Positions 14,164 through 28,621 of a stretch of DNA of 64,000 nucleotides are shown piece by piece. Where the stretch lies: positions 20,696,767 to 20,760,766 of the forward strand of contig OZ037766.1 in NCBI GenBank assembly GCA_964035545.1. Direction: 5' to 3'. The position numbers and the translations under genes are program-made. The stretch's first letter is position 1, and every line of letters begins with the position of its first letter. The stretch is from Bugula neritina. Its lineage: Eukaryota; Animalia; Bryozoa. Below the pieces are notes generated by a model, which was given only the letters and a program-made list of their open reading frames with translations, was not told the DNA's origin and ran no database searches.

Positions 14164-17100
14164 CTAGCAAATCATCTTGAGGTAGTCGAACACATGTTCA
14201 AATACTATGAACATTATCGCACCCCCTGCAACCATAAAGCATCTCAAATAGCTCTAACAAACCTCAAATTTATTATGTTCGGTGCTTATGCTATTTAAAA
14301 ATACTTGCATAGAGTGCACGTTTTAGAAGCTACCAACAGAGAAAACTACAGTTGCTAGGTACAGTAGCTGTAAGTGTACACATTGGTGCATCTTTATTAC
14401 ATAACTACTCAGATAAAACATATGAGGTTTTTGGAGCAATAGCATTATATATGTGGTAGAGAGAGGGGACAACTGCTAGCTTAAATCATTTAAAACACAG
14501 TTTGTGTAAGCAATGTTACCAAATTTTTTATAACCTTAAATATCAACGCAAGACAAAAGCAGAGATCGCGAAACACCCCAAAATACATATACACTTTCTT
14601 GCCATAACAAACTGTATTACTTATTATTTTTATTGTTTCAAAGCTATGAAGCACAAAAGTTTCACAATTTATATATTTTTGTTCCACTTTTACACGAAGC
14701 AAATTTTCAGATATGTACATAATCAGAACTAGACAGTTTTACATTTATTAGTAAAAATATCCTGATAATTACTAAATTTTCTCTACATAAACACTTATGT
14801 TTACTACTACTATTTGACAAAGTCCTCCAGACATCAGAGGCTGAACCATAAACAATATTTCATGTAGCAGAATAACAAACATTACGTCATTTAATATTAT
14901 GTAGAGCAGGCAAGTTGTATATTAACCTGGGCCAAGTCTCATGATCTTTGGTACTAGACCTTTATAGAGTGCCAAATATCTAAAACGAGAAGTGATGTGA
15001 TGATAGACAAGATAAATATTATGTTCATGTGAACGATAGAGCAATAAAAACACCTGCCATTACATAAAATAAACAAGTAGTCTAATTATAATTCTTATAT
15101 TAGTATAAGACAGCAATAACAAGTACGTATAGCAATCTGGCTGCTTTACTGGTTATATACTGAGAATTTACACTGACTTCCTGTTTGACCCTGAGGCTAA
15201 CTCTCAAATTATAGCCTTAGGCATAAATATTATCACACGCTATGGGACAGTCTAGCATTTAGTTTGTCACAGATCAAGCACACCTTTGAGCCCCCTTACT
15301 ACTCCTCCAGCTCTTGGGCTTCCCTGGCCTCTCAAATCCTTCAGAGTACTACCACCACATTACACTAATGGCCAAAATAGCTTGCAAAATATTTGCCCTT
15401 ACTGGGATTCAAACCACCGACCTCCGGTCTTGCAAGCTGGCAAGCTAACCTTTAAACCACATGGGCTACTGAATACTCTCAACACTATTGCAACCTTTAT
15501 ATTTAAAAAAAGTCCAAATTTAAGGAAGCTTCCTGAACATAAATATATGATATGAATATATAGCAATGCTATGTTAGCTGCAACCTCAGCCAATTTAGAG
15601 CTTGACGTACAACTAGTAGTTTGAGTACAACCAGCAGACAAAATAAAGTCAACCGTAAGCGAAAAGACCTTGACATTTCGCCTGATCTTGAATCAAATGT
15701 TAATTGGAATATATCGTTGGAATGAGCTATAGTCTACATGGTGATGTAGGACAGTATTGCCAGAGCACACATTAGCCTGTGATCAACTCTTTGTATAAAT
15801 ACAACATTTAGAGACTTAGGAATTTTAGGTATCCATTAGTTCCACCTCTTCCTAGCTACTTTGCTGTTGGAAGACAGTGAATGATGCAAAACATAACCCA
15901 AGATAGCTTTTCTCTTTTCTATTTACTATCAAATAGAGATTATTGCCAACTTTTCTTGCATTCCCAGATGTTTTACATCCTGACTTTATACTTTCCTTTC
16001 ACTTTTTGAACAATAAAAAGATGCAATAGTAGGCTGAAATGTTGAACCAGGGTATCCTGTACAGTCAGTACTAGCTGGTGTGTATCTCCCTATAGTCTAT
16101 ACTCTATAGTCTATTTGGGACTACGTGATATGCAGACTATATGCTTGCTTGCAGTCACCATAAGAAATACAGTCTGTACAGTAATACTGCAGGAAACTCT
16201 ATAGGGCGACATTGGGTGAATTTTCGAGTGCAAAACCGTAAATTCGCTGCAGGAGTTACCTGTCATATACAAGACGAGAACAAATCTATTGTATTTGCCT
16301 ATGTTATAAATGTGTTTCCCCTGTTATAAATTATTTTAATTTAAACTTTTACTCGCTACTCTACAGAATTCATTGGAATAAAATCACAAATCTGAAATTC
16401 AAAAAATGGGCTCGATGAATAGTATTCAGGCAATGAGATCACAGCTGTATAAACTTTTAGCAACCAGTGAGAAAATAAGCTTCATGCGGCCCTATGCTAA
16501 AGTGGCACATGTAGAATTTTCAGAAAAACCATAATTACTTTCGTTGTCAAGTTCTAAACAGCTGAAAATTTTAATAATACTCATTTATGGTACTTTTGAA
16601 AAAATGTCAAAACCCGTTGACTTAACCATTTAAATTCCTAAAGACAAACAATTAATGTTCAACAGACTTTCATGAAACATTAAGCAAACAAGTTTATTGT
16701 ATGATACACACCCCTCCTCTTTGACTACAAGTTTGATGGTCTGCACTGTAGACTTGTACTTTATACTATTTGGTTCAGGTTGGGGTCCCTGGATACGACT
16801 CTTTGCTACATCCCAAGGAATATTGCACACTGAGGCTAAGCTTCCGGCAATAAAACCCAACAAAAGACGAAAAGGAATGCTCAATGTCTCCTAAAAATAA
16901 AATATTCCCAGTATTTATCTCAGCAACTTAAAATTAGTTGATTTTTAACTAAACATTATAATTCATTGGTCTAATAATCCACCATGCACAAAGTAATCTT
17001 TCTAAATTTTACTGAAAAATAAATTATGAGTTTTAAAAGTATGCCAGCAAGTAAACCACACATATGTACTCAGCAAACAAGCACAGTTATTATACACATG

Positions 17101-20100
17101 CATTATATTATTTCCAATATTGAAGTACAATAAATTTTGCCTTGGGGCATTATAATGTTTGAAAATGAGTCATATTGTCAGTTTGAGTCAGAGTAGTGAT
17201 TCACCAGTGCCATTCATTTGTATCAATTGCCATCACAGCATTTCTCTTTGTAAACAGATGATATAACTGATGGGGTAGACAAAGGAAAGAGTAAACTTAG
17301 CTTTACACATAAACTTATAGCTAAAGCTAATTGCTTTTTGAAAAAGTTGGGTAACAGACGGAATCATCAACCAGCCCATTAAAACCTACTATAATCGGGC
17401 TTAATGAATGAAGTAACTGATAATTGCATGTAAAAATGATGATTAGCCATGTTTAGTAATATGCTAATTGCCTTAAAAGAAGGCTCATTGCTGCCTGATC
17501 TCATCTTCTGTAATATACTGCCCTTCATTAGCATTTAGGGCTCTTCGCTTTCTACTTATTGTCTAAAGATAGACCCGCAGTTGCAACCGGGCCCTGACTG
17601 CATTCCAGAACTGACAGAGCCTGATTAGCTGTCTCTCGTACCCAATAACCAAGGACTTGGAAACAAAGGCTACGGCTCTACACATACTTTAGTGTTATTT
17701 GGAATTTAAATAGCTAGTGGCAGAACTGTTGTTAGAGTTATCTTCCTTGAATTAGAAAATTCAAATTGTTTTAAGCTTAGAATCAAATTTTACCACATTG
17801 AAAATCGTGAAAATATTTAGAAATTTTTATATTCATTTATTATATTATAAAAATTAAACGTTTACTAATGCTGCTTCTTGTTATCAAAAACATCAACTAT
17901 GAAAATTTATCACAGCTACACGACATTTCATTTGTTGCAGTTATTTTTATTGCAAACCTCACGAGATCCTAAATCATAAAAGTTGATAAACTAGTAAAGT
18001 AAGAAGTAGTATAGAAGTAAGATATTGAAGTTGCAGAGTGGAAGAAAAAACAGTAGTGAGAAAAAGGAAAATACCAGTTATATGCATATGTTCACTTCAA
18101 TCATATTTTTCATGAACTAGTTGAGAAAATTCCCAGTATTTGGTAGAGGACAAAAACTGTTCAGTATTATGAAAAAACATCTTATTCATAATATTGAATG
18201 AGCTAAGAATCTTCCTTGTTAAAAGCTTTCAAACTGATTAAAAGTTGTTTGCAATACAGGAATTGTCTACTCATTCTCAATAGACCACATGACTTCTATT
18301 ACCAATTGAAGAATTAAAGTAAAACATTTCGGGGTAAGCTTTGATACTTTCACTCCAGCAATGTTGTTGCATAGAGGAACTGATCATTAAAACCCAACAA
18401 AGTAATTTGAAACAAATCTCATTTTTGAGGTCATTAAAATCAGGTTATAACTTGAAAAGTTGTAAATTTGAAAATCATTCAAATTGAAGAATAGTTGTAA
18501 TTCAAACCTACAGTGGCTTCCCCTTTTTGCAGCTCCTAAATAAATTTAACAAGTGAATAAAAAACAAATGTTTAGGCATTTATAGGCACACTAGGTGCAA
18601 GGAGACGTACACAGCGACTGCAGATGAAATAGAGCTATCAATATTAAGTGACACAACTAAATAAGATGAGCTTTATCATCCTACAACACTTATAAGTTAT
18701 ATCGATATCAAATGGGGAATCTTGACAATTTCTATTGCAATGTATAAATACATGTATATGGCTAAACTCTAGAGCAATTTACAACAGGCCTGTAGTTTTT
18801 TACTCTAGTCAGGTGTGAGCAAGTGTGACTTCAGTTACCTCAGCTAGCAAAGAGCCCAAGAGGGATTGTAACTGTAGGCAATGCCTAGCACACAAAAGTT
18901 CTTCTCAACAGCTTAGGACACATAAGCAAGCAAAGAGTTGGCACCAAGCAAATTATAAAGTCACACAGTTGGTGTTGGGTGTTGAGGGAGTAAAAAAAGT
19001 TCACAGTCTAGAAAGAGGTCAATGCTTGTTAAAAACAGAAACAGCATAGACAGGTAGAAGACAACTATTGAAAGTGGATCACACTTTACAAACATTAGTT
19101 AGCGTGAATGTGGAACTTGGTTTACATACAATAAGCAGGATAGATATTTAGTGAGTTTACAGCAATAAAAATCAATTTATCTGAAGCTTTTTTTTGATGT
19201 AAAACAACCTTTATCAATATAATAATGTCCTAAGAAGGAAGGTGGGTGGGTATACCAGTTGAAGAGTACATCAGCACTGCTGAAAAGGTCATATTTGTGA
19301 TTTTTCCTGGTGTAAACTCAGAAAATACAAAAGAAAAAAACAACAAAGGTGTTAACAGGTAAACACTGACCCCTTCAGCTGTGAGAAACACTCTAGCATT
19401 ATGGTAGAAGCCAAAATAGCACAAGTTAAATATACCATGTCTGCATATTGTGGCTGTAAGGCCCTTGTTCAGACCTCTCAAACCGAATCCATCTTTCTTC
19501 AGGATTTCTCGGGCTAATGCGAATGCGTTCTGTTGCTGAAAATAAAACCTATATAAAATATTGGGCAATAGCTAAATGAGTTGAAGTGAAGGTATTGCAT
19601 GAGCCCCATTAGTTGCACTTGTGAAAACAAGTTAATGTGATTGAACTTGATCAATAGCAGATTTATTCTAAGAATAATATAACTGGCACATTAGGAGATA
19701 TCTAATGCGTATTGCATTTATTGCAAAACACAAGCAAGTTAGGTGCTGGGAGAAGGTGCTTCATGACAACACAACTCCAAATAATAATAAACTTCCAAAC
19801 ATGATAATTTCAGTTGTCCACTCTGTTCACTGCATGAAAGCAAATGATTGAAACTTACAACGCTCATTGATTCAAAACTTCATAACATAGAATGCTTTTT
19901 CAATTATTGCCAGTTTAAAACTCCATGTTACGAGTTTTTCACAATCATAACTCAATAGGGGTCTAAACTTGCAACCTGTCTTAAAACCCTTGGCCTTACT
20001 ACATCAAAGCAAGTTTTGAACAATAATTTTTTGACACAATGTATATAACAATGCTGCAACTTTTTCTCTTGGTTGGCAACTTGGAGTAAAAATTTAGAAA

Positions 20101-23100
20101 TTGCTAAAGCAAGTTTAAAGTTGGCTTCACATTTCAATTACCTATGTTTATTATTATAATTGCCTTCTTAATCGAGTTTGATTGGCTAATCTGTGGATAT
20201 TCTTCTAGTAATTGTCCATAATGGAGCCAAAATTCAAGTTTTCAGTCATAAAAATGTCAACTCCAACCAAAATTTTAAGAAGCAATGATCAACTTAAAGC
20301 TTTCAATTAATTAAATGCTGCTCCTTTAGTTAAGAAATTGAATTAAACATTGAAGAAGCCTTGGAGTACATGAGAGTGTGCAATACCAACACTTGCAACA
20401 CTTACTCTTATAACACTTACCTACCACTCTTATAAGACTTACACTTATAAGACTTACAGCTCTATAGAACTAAATATTACTTACTGCAGCAAATGCCACT
20501 CTTTCAGACTGTAGCTTCACTTTCACAGTTTCAAAAGGATTCACAACAAAAGCTTCTGTACAGCCAGAGAGAAACCCTGCCAATAGGAACACCTAAATTC
20601 AAGACAGAAGTATCTAAACACACTCCCATGCAAGACTAAAGTAACCTAGTTCTTATGTTCTGTAGAAAGCATGAAACTTGTAAATTTAGATTTAAAACAT
20701 GTGTCATTATGCCTAAGGCATAAGTTTGTTTATATGTTATGAGAAATTTGCAACAACTTTTCTATGTATACATTTAAAATAGTCCCACTTTCCACTTAAA
20801 GATCTATATGATATATAACTAGTGTACATGTATTTCCATATAGGAATGTATATATGTGATTAATAATTACACATAATAGTCTATGTTCCACCACATACTA
20901 GAATCTAGTTGTATATAATAATAATAATGCATGTGCAATGAAAAATTGTATTTAAAAAAGTAAAATATTGATAATCAGTTTCATAAGAGACTTAAATGCA
21001 CCATACTATACAAAGTAATTAGAAACATAAAATACACAAGTCACTCACATAGGGCTGTGAAATCCCATCAAAAAGGAGAAATAGTCTTTTATACTGCTCA
21101 AAAACAAGAAACTTTGTACCTCTTTTCGGAGTTTCTGCCATTATCGGTGGCAGTATTCCTTTGTAGAAAGAGAGCAGTCTACAGTGCAATAAAATACATG
21201 AGACAACTCCCAAATACACTGCATTTAAAATGGCCAAAAGGCTGAACGATTGCAACTAAAAGCAGGAAATTTGATTAATAAATTATATGAAAACTTGCAA
21301 ATATTTACAGATTATAGTAGCACAGCATTTTTCAAGAGCATTCACTACTTTTCAACTCCTAAAACTAAGCAAAACAACAAAACTTGAAACAATGTTGGGA
21401 CAATCAAACTATGAGATTCTTGAGCTTTACAATGAACAACCTGGTGAATATATATAATCATGACAAATTTCACTGATCCATGTAGTTTGTAGAGTCCAGA
21501 CAGCTGTGATTGTCTATGGAGATATTTATATACGAGTGTAGACCCTGGCATGTCTTAGAGGCACTTTGACTATTCTGTTAGCACACACTATTGGCTATTT
21601 GTTTGAGACTTAGTTTCAGCAATTCAATAACAGATAATAAACCAGCACAATGCATTGCAATGAAATATTGGTTTACTATCAAGAAATCATTCAACAATTT
21701 AACACATTCTTACTATTTTTATAACATTCATTTCAAAATATTATTCATTGATAGTATTGAAAATGTTATGGTTAGATAATTGACTACAAATTGTCAATTG
21801 GCAATCAATATTGGCAATCAATCAAGCCTTTGCAAGTATTTTCTTTAATGTTAGTAAAATGAAAGCTGAACAGTTACTTCAGAGTTAGGTTTAGTAAATT
21901 ATTGTGGAACTTGTACGCTGCTAGCTAGCAGTGAAAAGACAACTACCATATAGCTTTGGTTTGCAAATTAACAGCATATGTGAATTAGCCAACAGAGTAT
22001 ATTCTCAATGTTATTATACGTGTTCATCTTTCAATATTAAATGATGTTAATTGGAAACTCTAACTGTAACGCAAAAAATTTATTTAACATGTTCAACTGA
22101 ACCAAATGTTAATTAGAGAAAATATAACTTAGATTAAATACTAGAATGAATACAGGTTAAAATAGAAATAGATCAGAGTAAACATAGCTTTTGCTCATGC
22201 TAAGATATACCTAGTTCAAATATATAACACAGGGATAAGACCTGCAGATTAGTGGAGTGAATATAAATTACCCCTCAGTTCTGTACATGTCTGTAAAACA
22301 GTGACCCAGAGATGAATATTGAGCAGAAGTGCCAGCTTTCTGCAGCTGAAATCTCGTCTTGACAACATCGAGAGGGTGGAGTAGACATATTTCTGACAGT
22401 CCTAAAATAATGCCATGACTATTGAACAAACCGATTAAAAACAAAAATTAAACCATGACTTAAAAAATAAATCTCCAACTTTATACCCATTGAACAAGAA
22501 TTGAATGCAGTTAAAGCACAGGCTATTGAATTGTAGCAAGTCAAATTCATGTCATTATCAACAAAAACATGTAACTATATTTATGCAGACCAAGGTGTTA
22601 TAGATTGTGAATTACTTTAGATTACAAATCTACCAAAAAATTCCATGACAGTGCTGTAGTAAATTATGGTAAGATCAAACAAGCTTTGTCGTTAATTAAT
22701 TTAAACTCATCCACAAGTTCTTAGAGCTTATACACATGAAAATATTGTAATAATTTATAAAACTTGCATGCTAAATTTGATGTTTTGGGGGAGTATATGA
22801 GCTGTTTCCTTTATTTAAATGAAGATAATAATGTATAAAATAGCTTAAGTACTTTTTATTCAGAAAATTCTACTGTCTGTAAGCTTTTATTATCTATAGC
22901 ACCTTTTGTGAGCTACTGTAATTAGTAAATGGGGGATTGCACAGTGAATTTCTGCAAAATTTAATGTATTAAAATTTAATTGATGCCAATTCCACCAAGG
23001 TTAGCTAGATTGAGAATTTATATATGCGCATTGACAGCAATATGACAAAACTTTATTATAAACTTTCAAGTTTGACCAGTAACAATGAAAATATATTGTT

Positions 23101-23710
23101 GCATATAGACATGGAAGGTTATATTTCTTAAAAAATATAACATTTTTGTCTCAAGTGTTTTACAATAACCCAGGTGTGATGGAATAATAATCAAGGAGAC
23201 AAATAACGCAGCAGAGCAAGGTTTAATTCTGAAAACTTGTTTAGTCGCAGCAAAATCTTGATGTTACAAAAGGTGGAACATCAAAGGTGGAATATGGGTG
23301 CATTCGATAAAAAAGCAGAGAGATCTGATGATGCAATACAGGATAAACACACATTGTATCATCAGATTGTTATGATTAGTGATTTCATATCATCCACTGT
23401 AATTGTACATTGCTAATTAAGAGTTATCCTCCCACAGTTTTACTACAATTAGTTGTAGCTTAATTATGACTCTTGACCCTCGAATATGTAATATTGTGGG
23501 CAATAAATGAATACTATAACATCCGTTGCAAAATTTTAAAATTATCACTTGAAAAAATTGATAATTGCCATTTACCTTTTTATAAATATGCTACGGTAAT
23601 AGCCAAGATGACATGCAATCAATTCTACCTGCAATCCCACCAGCTGTAAGTTGCATCAACGCCAACTTTCCTTCAGCATGTTGTTTGTTGACAGTTAATA
23701 CCGTAGGCAT
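14164..23710 (-). CDS. SLC25A21: Mitochondrial 2-oxodicarboxylate carrier (ODC), canonical copy A, about 302 aa, 8 coding exons
   Basis: Exons in transcription order: 23710-23629, 22401-22272, 21178-21049, 20592-20485, 19535-19371, 16890-16712, 14979-14927, 14225-14164 (909 nt, all GT-AG, in phase). Carrier signatures PLDVVKTR, PFETVKVK, PWDVAKSR; ODC-diagnostic YKGILPPIMAETPKR, LNKGLTATICRHG, SRIQGPQP, PKIMRLGPGG. Confidence 0.95.
15381..15462 (-). mobile_element. tRNA-derived SINE remnant (family 2)
   Basis: Minus strand tggtttaaagg (A-box-like) ... ggtttgaatcc (B-box) followed by ggcaaatattttgca, shared with 31069-31134. Confidence 0.6.
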
Positions 23711-24082
23711 TTTTACTCACTTTCTAGTCTAAAACAAAGATTTTTTCGTCAAAAGTTTCATGTTTAATGCAGCAACAAGAAGAAAGCGTCTGCTCAAAAA
23801 CATGTAATATAATAATGAAATGCAGCAAAACCACTGACGAGCTAGCTGTACAACAACTTCTTTAGTATGTGATCATCCCAAAAATGATAAGACTTGAAGC
23901 CTATACAGCATGACAATAAAATAGTTTCTTCTCTTGTCTCTTTGTTGTTGACAAGGTTTAATTACTGCATGAACAACAAACACTTGATTGGTAAATGCAT
24001 GTTGATTTCACTTTAATGCTGAGAACACTAAAATATGACAATTGAGCAATTATAATGCTCCTTTTCTCCAATATTTTAAGCA

Positions 24083-24233
24083 GCCGTGGTTTAGTGGTTA
24101 TAGTGCAGGTCTAGTAAACACAAGGTCAGTGGTTTGAGTCCAAACACCAGCAGTAATTATAAGAAGAGCATCTGGTCGCAATTGTTTCCGTGGCAATTGT
24201 TCCCCGTGCGTACTAATAAGTCCTTAGCCTGCT
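24083..24233 (+). mobile_element. tRNA-derived SINE (family 1)
   Basis: A box tggtttagtgg, B box ggtttgagtcc; body gaagagcatc..caattg..aataagtccttagc shared with the copy at 56842-56985. Confidence 0.75.
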
Positions 24234-25920
24234 TTAAAAATCCTTCCCATCAGGGGTTCTTACAGAAATAGTGACTATAAACTTTCGTGAGTTTTCCCCC
24301 AAATATTTTATTGAAACATTGTAAAGAAAGTAAGAGGTTTTGCAATGTTTAAAAAATTCCATGAGATTATGGTCTGTACCCAGTGATTTCAAAGAGCTAT
24401 CTTTGTTGAGTTCCAGAAAAGCATTGGGCAAAAACTAATTCGAGCAGTATTGACTGAATTTTTATTTTTCCAAGTGCTAAACTCATTACAGCGTTTCTTG
24501 GTGCTTTGGGAGTAAAGAAGAGAGAAATTATATCTTTCCAGCTGCTAGCTTTTATTGTATGCTGTATATAATATCCTGTTTCTAAAAGATTGCAATGGTG
24601 CTCCTTATCTTTTAGATGGACTTATTGCCTTTCTGGCTCAGTTAAAGCTGACTTTACGATATCTCTTGGTCATATATCGGCATTTCAAAAGTGGATGCTG
24701 TGATTCAAGGTCTGAATATGGCTCTATGATGTGATATTAGAAAACCCAGAGTAATAAATGACTTAGCAATTGTCTATGACTGGATTCAACTAATACTTGA
24801 AAAAAAATCAAAACAAAAAACAAGTTAGTGGCTTAACTAGAATGGTGATAGAGCACATGCTGAAAAAATTTCCAACTTGTTGCCTGACCATCCCATCACT
24901 ACCATCAGCAAACAGAAAGCTTAACTCGAGTCTTGCAGAAATGGCTTCAGAGTATGTTTCTTGCAATTGTTATATAAAATAACATCCTCTTGGAGTAAGG
25001 AGAACATACCTGGCTCGAAAGATGTGAGGAGACAATATTGGGAAAGCAGTTGGACAACAAATAATAAACTTAAGGTGATGAATTTTAAGACCACCTGTCT
25101 GTGAATACTTGACAATAGATCTGTCATATATTTACCAAGACCATCCGTAACACTGATTGATTGTGGACCAAGTCGATTTGCGATATAAATGAGCTTAACA
25201 AACCAAACTGCTGGTTCAATGATTTATGAACTGAGACAGATATTTCTGGGGTGAGATAAAATCCTGAAGTGCTCTGTCATCTGTGATAATTATTAATGTT
25301 GCAAAAATTGTAGACCAGAAAGTTTCTTAAAGAGTAAGAAGTGACACAAGAATTTTTGTGTGTATACGAACTCTGCTAATGACATAATAGAGACTGCGAC
25401 TGTGAGTGTAAACAACTTGCACTAGCATCATAATTAAATAGTATATCAATATGCTGATATGCAATAAATATAATTAAAGATACTATAAAGCAGCTTAAAA
25501 TTAAATAAAATTGAAAAAAAAATTATAAATTTGCAATTGTATATAAAAATTATTTACTTTTAATCTTAACTCTTAGGTCTGATTGTTTATATTTTGAAAT
25601 CAAATTAGATACCAATAATATTAATATAAATAAATATGAACATTTAGTAATAGCTATATATTAATAATATTATCAATAATGATAATCGTAATCAAAAACA
25701 TTTATAATGCAAGCCTAAAAGTAGAAATATCAAATAACCACTCTAAGTGTAATAATAATAATGATAATCATATGCCTATGGCTATTCTTAACTGCCTAAC
25801 TCTAGGGGCTAAAAGGCACGGCTAGATAAGGTTTAAAACGCCACTGACCTTGAGGCTTGATGTAGTCAATTCGTATTACTAATTAAATTATTGGTAAAAA
25901 CTTAGAATTTTACAGGAAGA

Positions 25921-26140
25921 CTAACTTACTAAGGTCTAAGACTCAGAGTAACTGTAAGACTAATACTAATACTAATACTCTAATACTAATAGTAAAAGTA
26001 ATAGACTAATACTAATAGTAATACTAATAGTAATACTGAAAGTAACTGTAAGACTGAGACTGAGAGTTACTGTTAGTGTAACTGCAATCATAACTATTAG
26101 TATTAGTATTACTATTAGCTCACTCAAACACTAGTAACAC
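25921..26140. repeat. Degenerate (ANT)n/hexamer low-complexity tract
   Basis: actaatactaatagtaatact..., actgagactgagagttact. Confidence 0.8.
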
Positions 26141-28621
26141 CCAAACCGTAGTAAATGGCTAAAATTCTTACTAAAAACTATTGAAATTCCAAATCCTTCT
26201 GGTATTTTTAACTTCTAATAACAATAAGTACTTTCTCGCTCTGTAGTTCAAGTTGCTAGTGTGAGAGAGATGTAAATTGTTTGCAGTGGACTGAAAAAAG
26301 CCACGCCCACTGTCACCCTGGCTGCAGAAGCCTGGTCACCGACGTAGTATTAGTGTGAACTTTAACCCTTTTGGATAGTATAGTGAATGTTATGCAGTGT
26401 GATGAACCTTGATTCATAGGTATTGTCACTTTATTATTGTGAGAAAAAACTGTTAGGGATCTAGCTCTAAAAAGATTAACCATTGGCACATTGGCATAGA
26501 TGCTGTACGCAACAAGATATGGAAACATTGCAGATAAGATCACTATCATGGTTTAAATTACTCATGTAACAGAAGAAGCATAACTACTAATTGTGTCTAA
26601 ATGCAAAGACCAAATTGATTAAAACGTATTAGCACTGAATTGCAGTCTTCTGCCTGATCCATATTAGAACTGTTGCTTAATAAAACGCAGCAAACTATTT
26701 GAAGTTGTCTCCTCATATAAAATAATATTTTGACTGAAGATTAGGTGCGGGATATAAACCCATCTTAGAAAAAGATATATAGCAGGAAATGGCGTTCAAC
26801 TGATGACTACCTTTTACAAATATCATTTTAAAAAAGCCTGCATATACTTAAAAATGCTGGTCAGATTGGAAATGGTGGCTGAAATCAGGTGAGTCTAAGA
26901 TAGCTTACTGTAGGGGCAATTTTGAATGTTGACTGAGAAGAAAAGAAAATAAGCCTATTTTTGTGAGAGCCATCTGATAGGCTTTGGTATTTTTTGTTGA
27001 AAGATCTCAACTATTTTAGAACATTTTGCTAGCTATCTAGTAGATCTGTCGACTTCTTCAAAAAGTTAAAGAATCATTTCTATAACCATGAGCTTACCTT
27101 TTAATTTCATACCATAAGTATCCCTTTGAAAAATTTTAAACTATATAATTGCTATTTGTAAAAAAAACAGAATACAACTCCAGTGTGATCACAAAATAGC
27201 ACGATCGGACACATTTCTTGGATTTTTTGAATTATGTTGGATTTTTTCATTCTTTTAAAAAGTTCAACCCTAAAACTCTTGAAAGAGATGAGTTAGGTGA
27301 TGATGCGTTTGACAGTGGTAAAGTTTTCACTCAATTAGATAGCATCACAAGGAAGTTATTGTAAAGGTCATTGCCTGTAAAATAGAGAAGACAGCTTTTT
27401 CCTGTGTCATAACTTGTGTGCTGTGCTACACTAAGAGTAGATCGAGAGATGAGATGGAAACTAATCGTATTTTACAATACTAGGAGCAAACTATAATCAA
27501 CGAACTCCACAAAATGGTAAGAATATTAATTCAAATAGCATGCTTTACTGCTATGACATGTGGTAAGTATTGTACTGCATGTTGCAGTATATTATGTTGG
27601 TTGGTTGATAAAATTCCAAGTAGTTGCAAATAACATCTAATTTCTATAATTTATAGTTGGTTATGCAACAACATAATTGTAGATTTCAAGAAGCTAACTG
27701 ACTTTTATATCTACTACTACTGCCACTACTAGATATACCATCGTGTTAGTTTATGTTTTGGTGAACAGTTTTTCTCTTTCTACAGATTTTTATATGAACT
27801 TTTAAAATAATCCGTTTATTACTACTCTGCGATACACCCATGATAAGTGTAAAGTCCTGCATCTACTTTACTGTGTGTATCAAGTCACTAGCATATAGAA
27901 AGTGCTAGTTTACAGTTAAAGTTTGTTACAGATCACTTATAAAACTAAAATGTTATACATGATGTGATGATATTTTCATGTGAACACCAGTTGTAGGGGG
28001 TTCTTATGGTATTACCAAAGACTGTATATTTCCTAGCGGACATGCATTTTATCATTTGGAATCACAACTTATTCACAAAGTGTGTATTATGGGAATTGAG
28101 AAGGAAAGAGTATAAAAAGCTTGCTTCACATAAGATAGTGCTTTTAGGTGTGCCAAGAGAGCTAGATTTAGGACGTATTTTTAAGGAACAAATTGTTAGC
28201 TTTATGACATCATAGGTTCTTTCAAGTTGCTGTACCTTACCACTATATAGATTGAAGATCACACTCACTCTCGCTTATTATAAAGTTGGTGAACCTGGAG
28301 TGTTTTACTTTCCAGGTAGTACTACTTTAAAAGTTGTATTCAAAACGACTCATTTAACACATGTAACTTCAGGTAATGAATGGGACAACTAGAATGAAGT
28401 AGATATCTTTTCATCCTTTACAGATATTTAAACATTTACTGCCAGTTAGATTCAAATTATCAAGTATTTGGCTGCATGAGTCAAAACCAAGAAAGGGTAA
28501 GATGTCAATTTTGCTATGGAGATGTGTAAATTTATTTAACCCCTAAACACTATAGAAAAGCAAGCAATAGTAACAAATTTGGTACAAAAATATATTTTGA
28601 GACAAAGTTTTACAAAACGTA

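Noticed and set aside
17436-17498. C box/D box pair
   Set aside because: Antisense to the host gene, short, and no recognisable guide
24083-24150. Functional tRNA gene (also considered for 15381-15462, 31069-31134, 56920-56985)
   Set aside because: A/B boxes are present but stems do not pair well, and copies share non-tRNA 3' bodies, indicating SINEs
24240-25350. Possible decayed coding sequence (transposon or pseudogene) upstream of the SLC25A21-A ATG
   Set aside because: Many stops and no motif I could recognise; needs tblastx or a Dfam search
26880-27800. Plus-strand splice-like signals (donors 26889 and 27517; acceptor 27785) suggesting a divergent transcript
   Set aside because: No ORF; such motifs occur by chance and cannot be supported without RNA data
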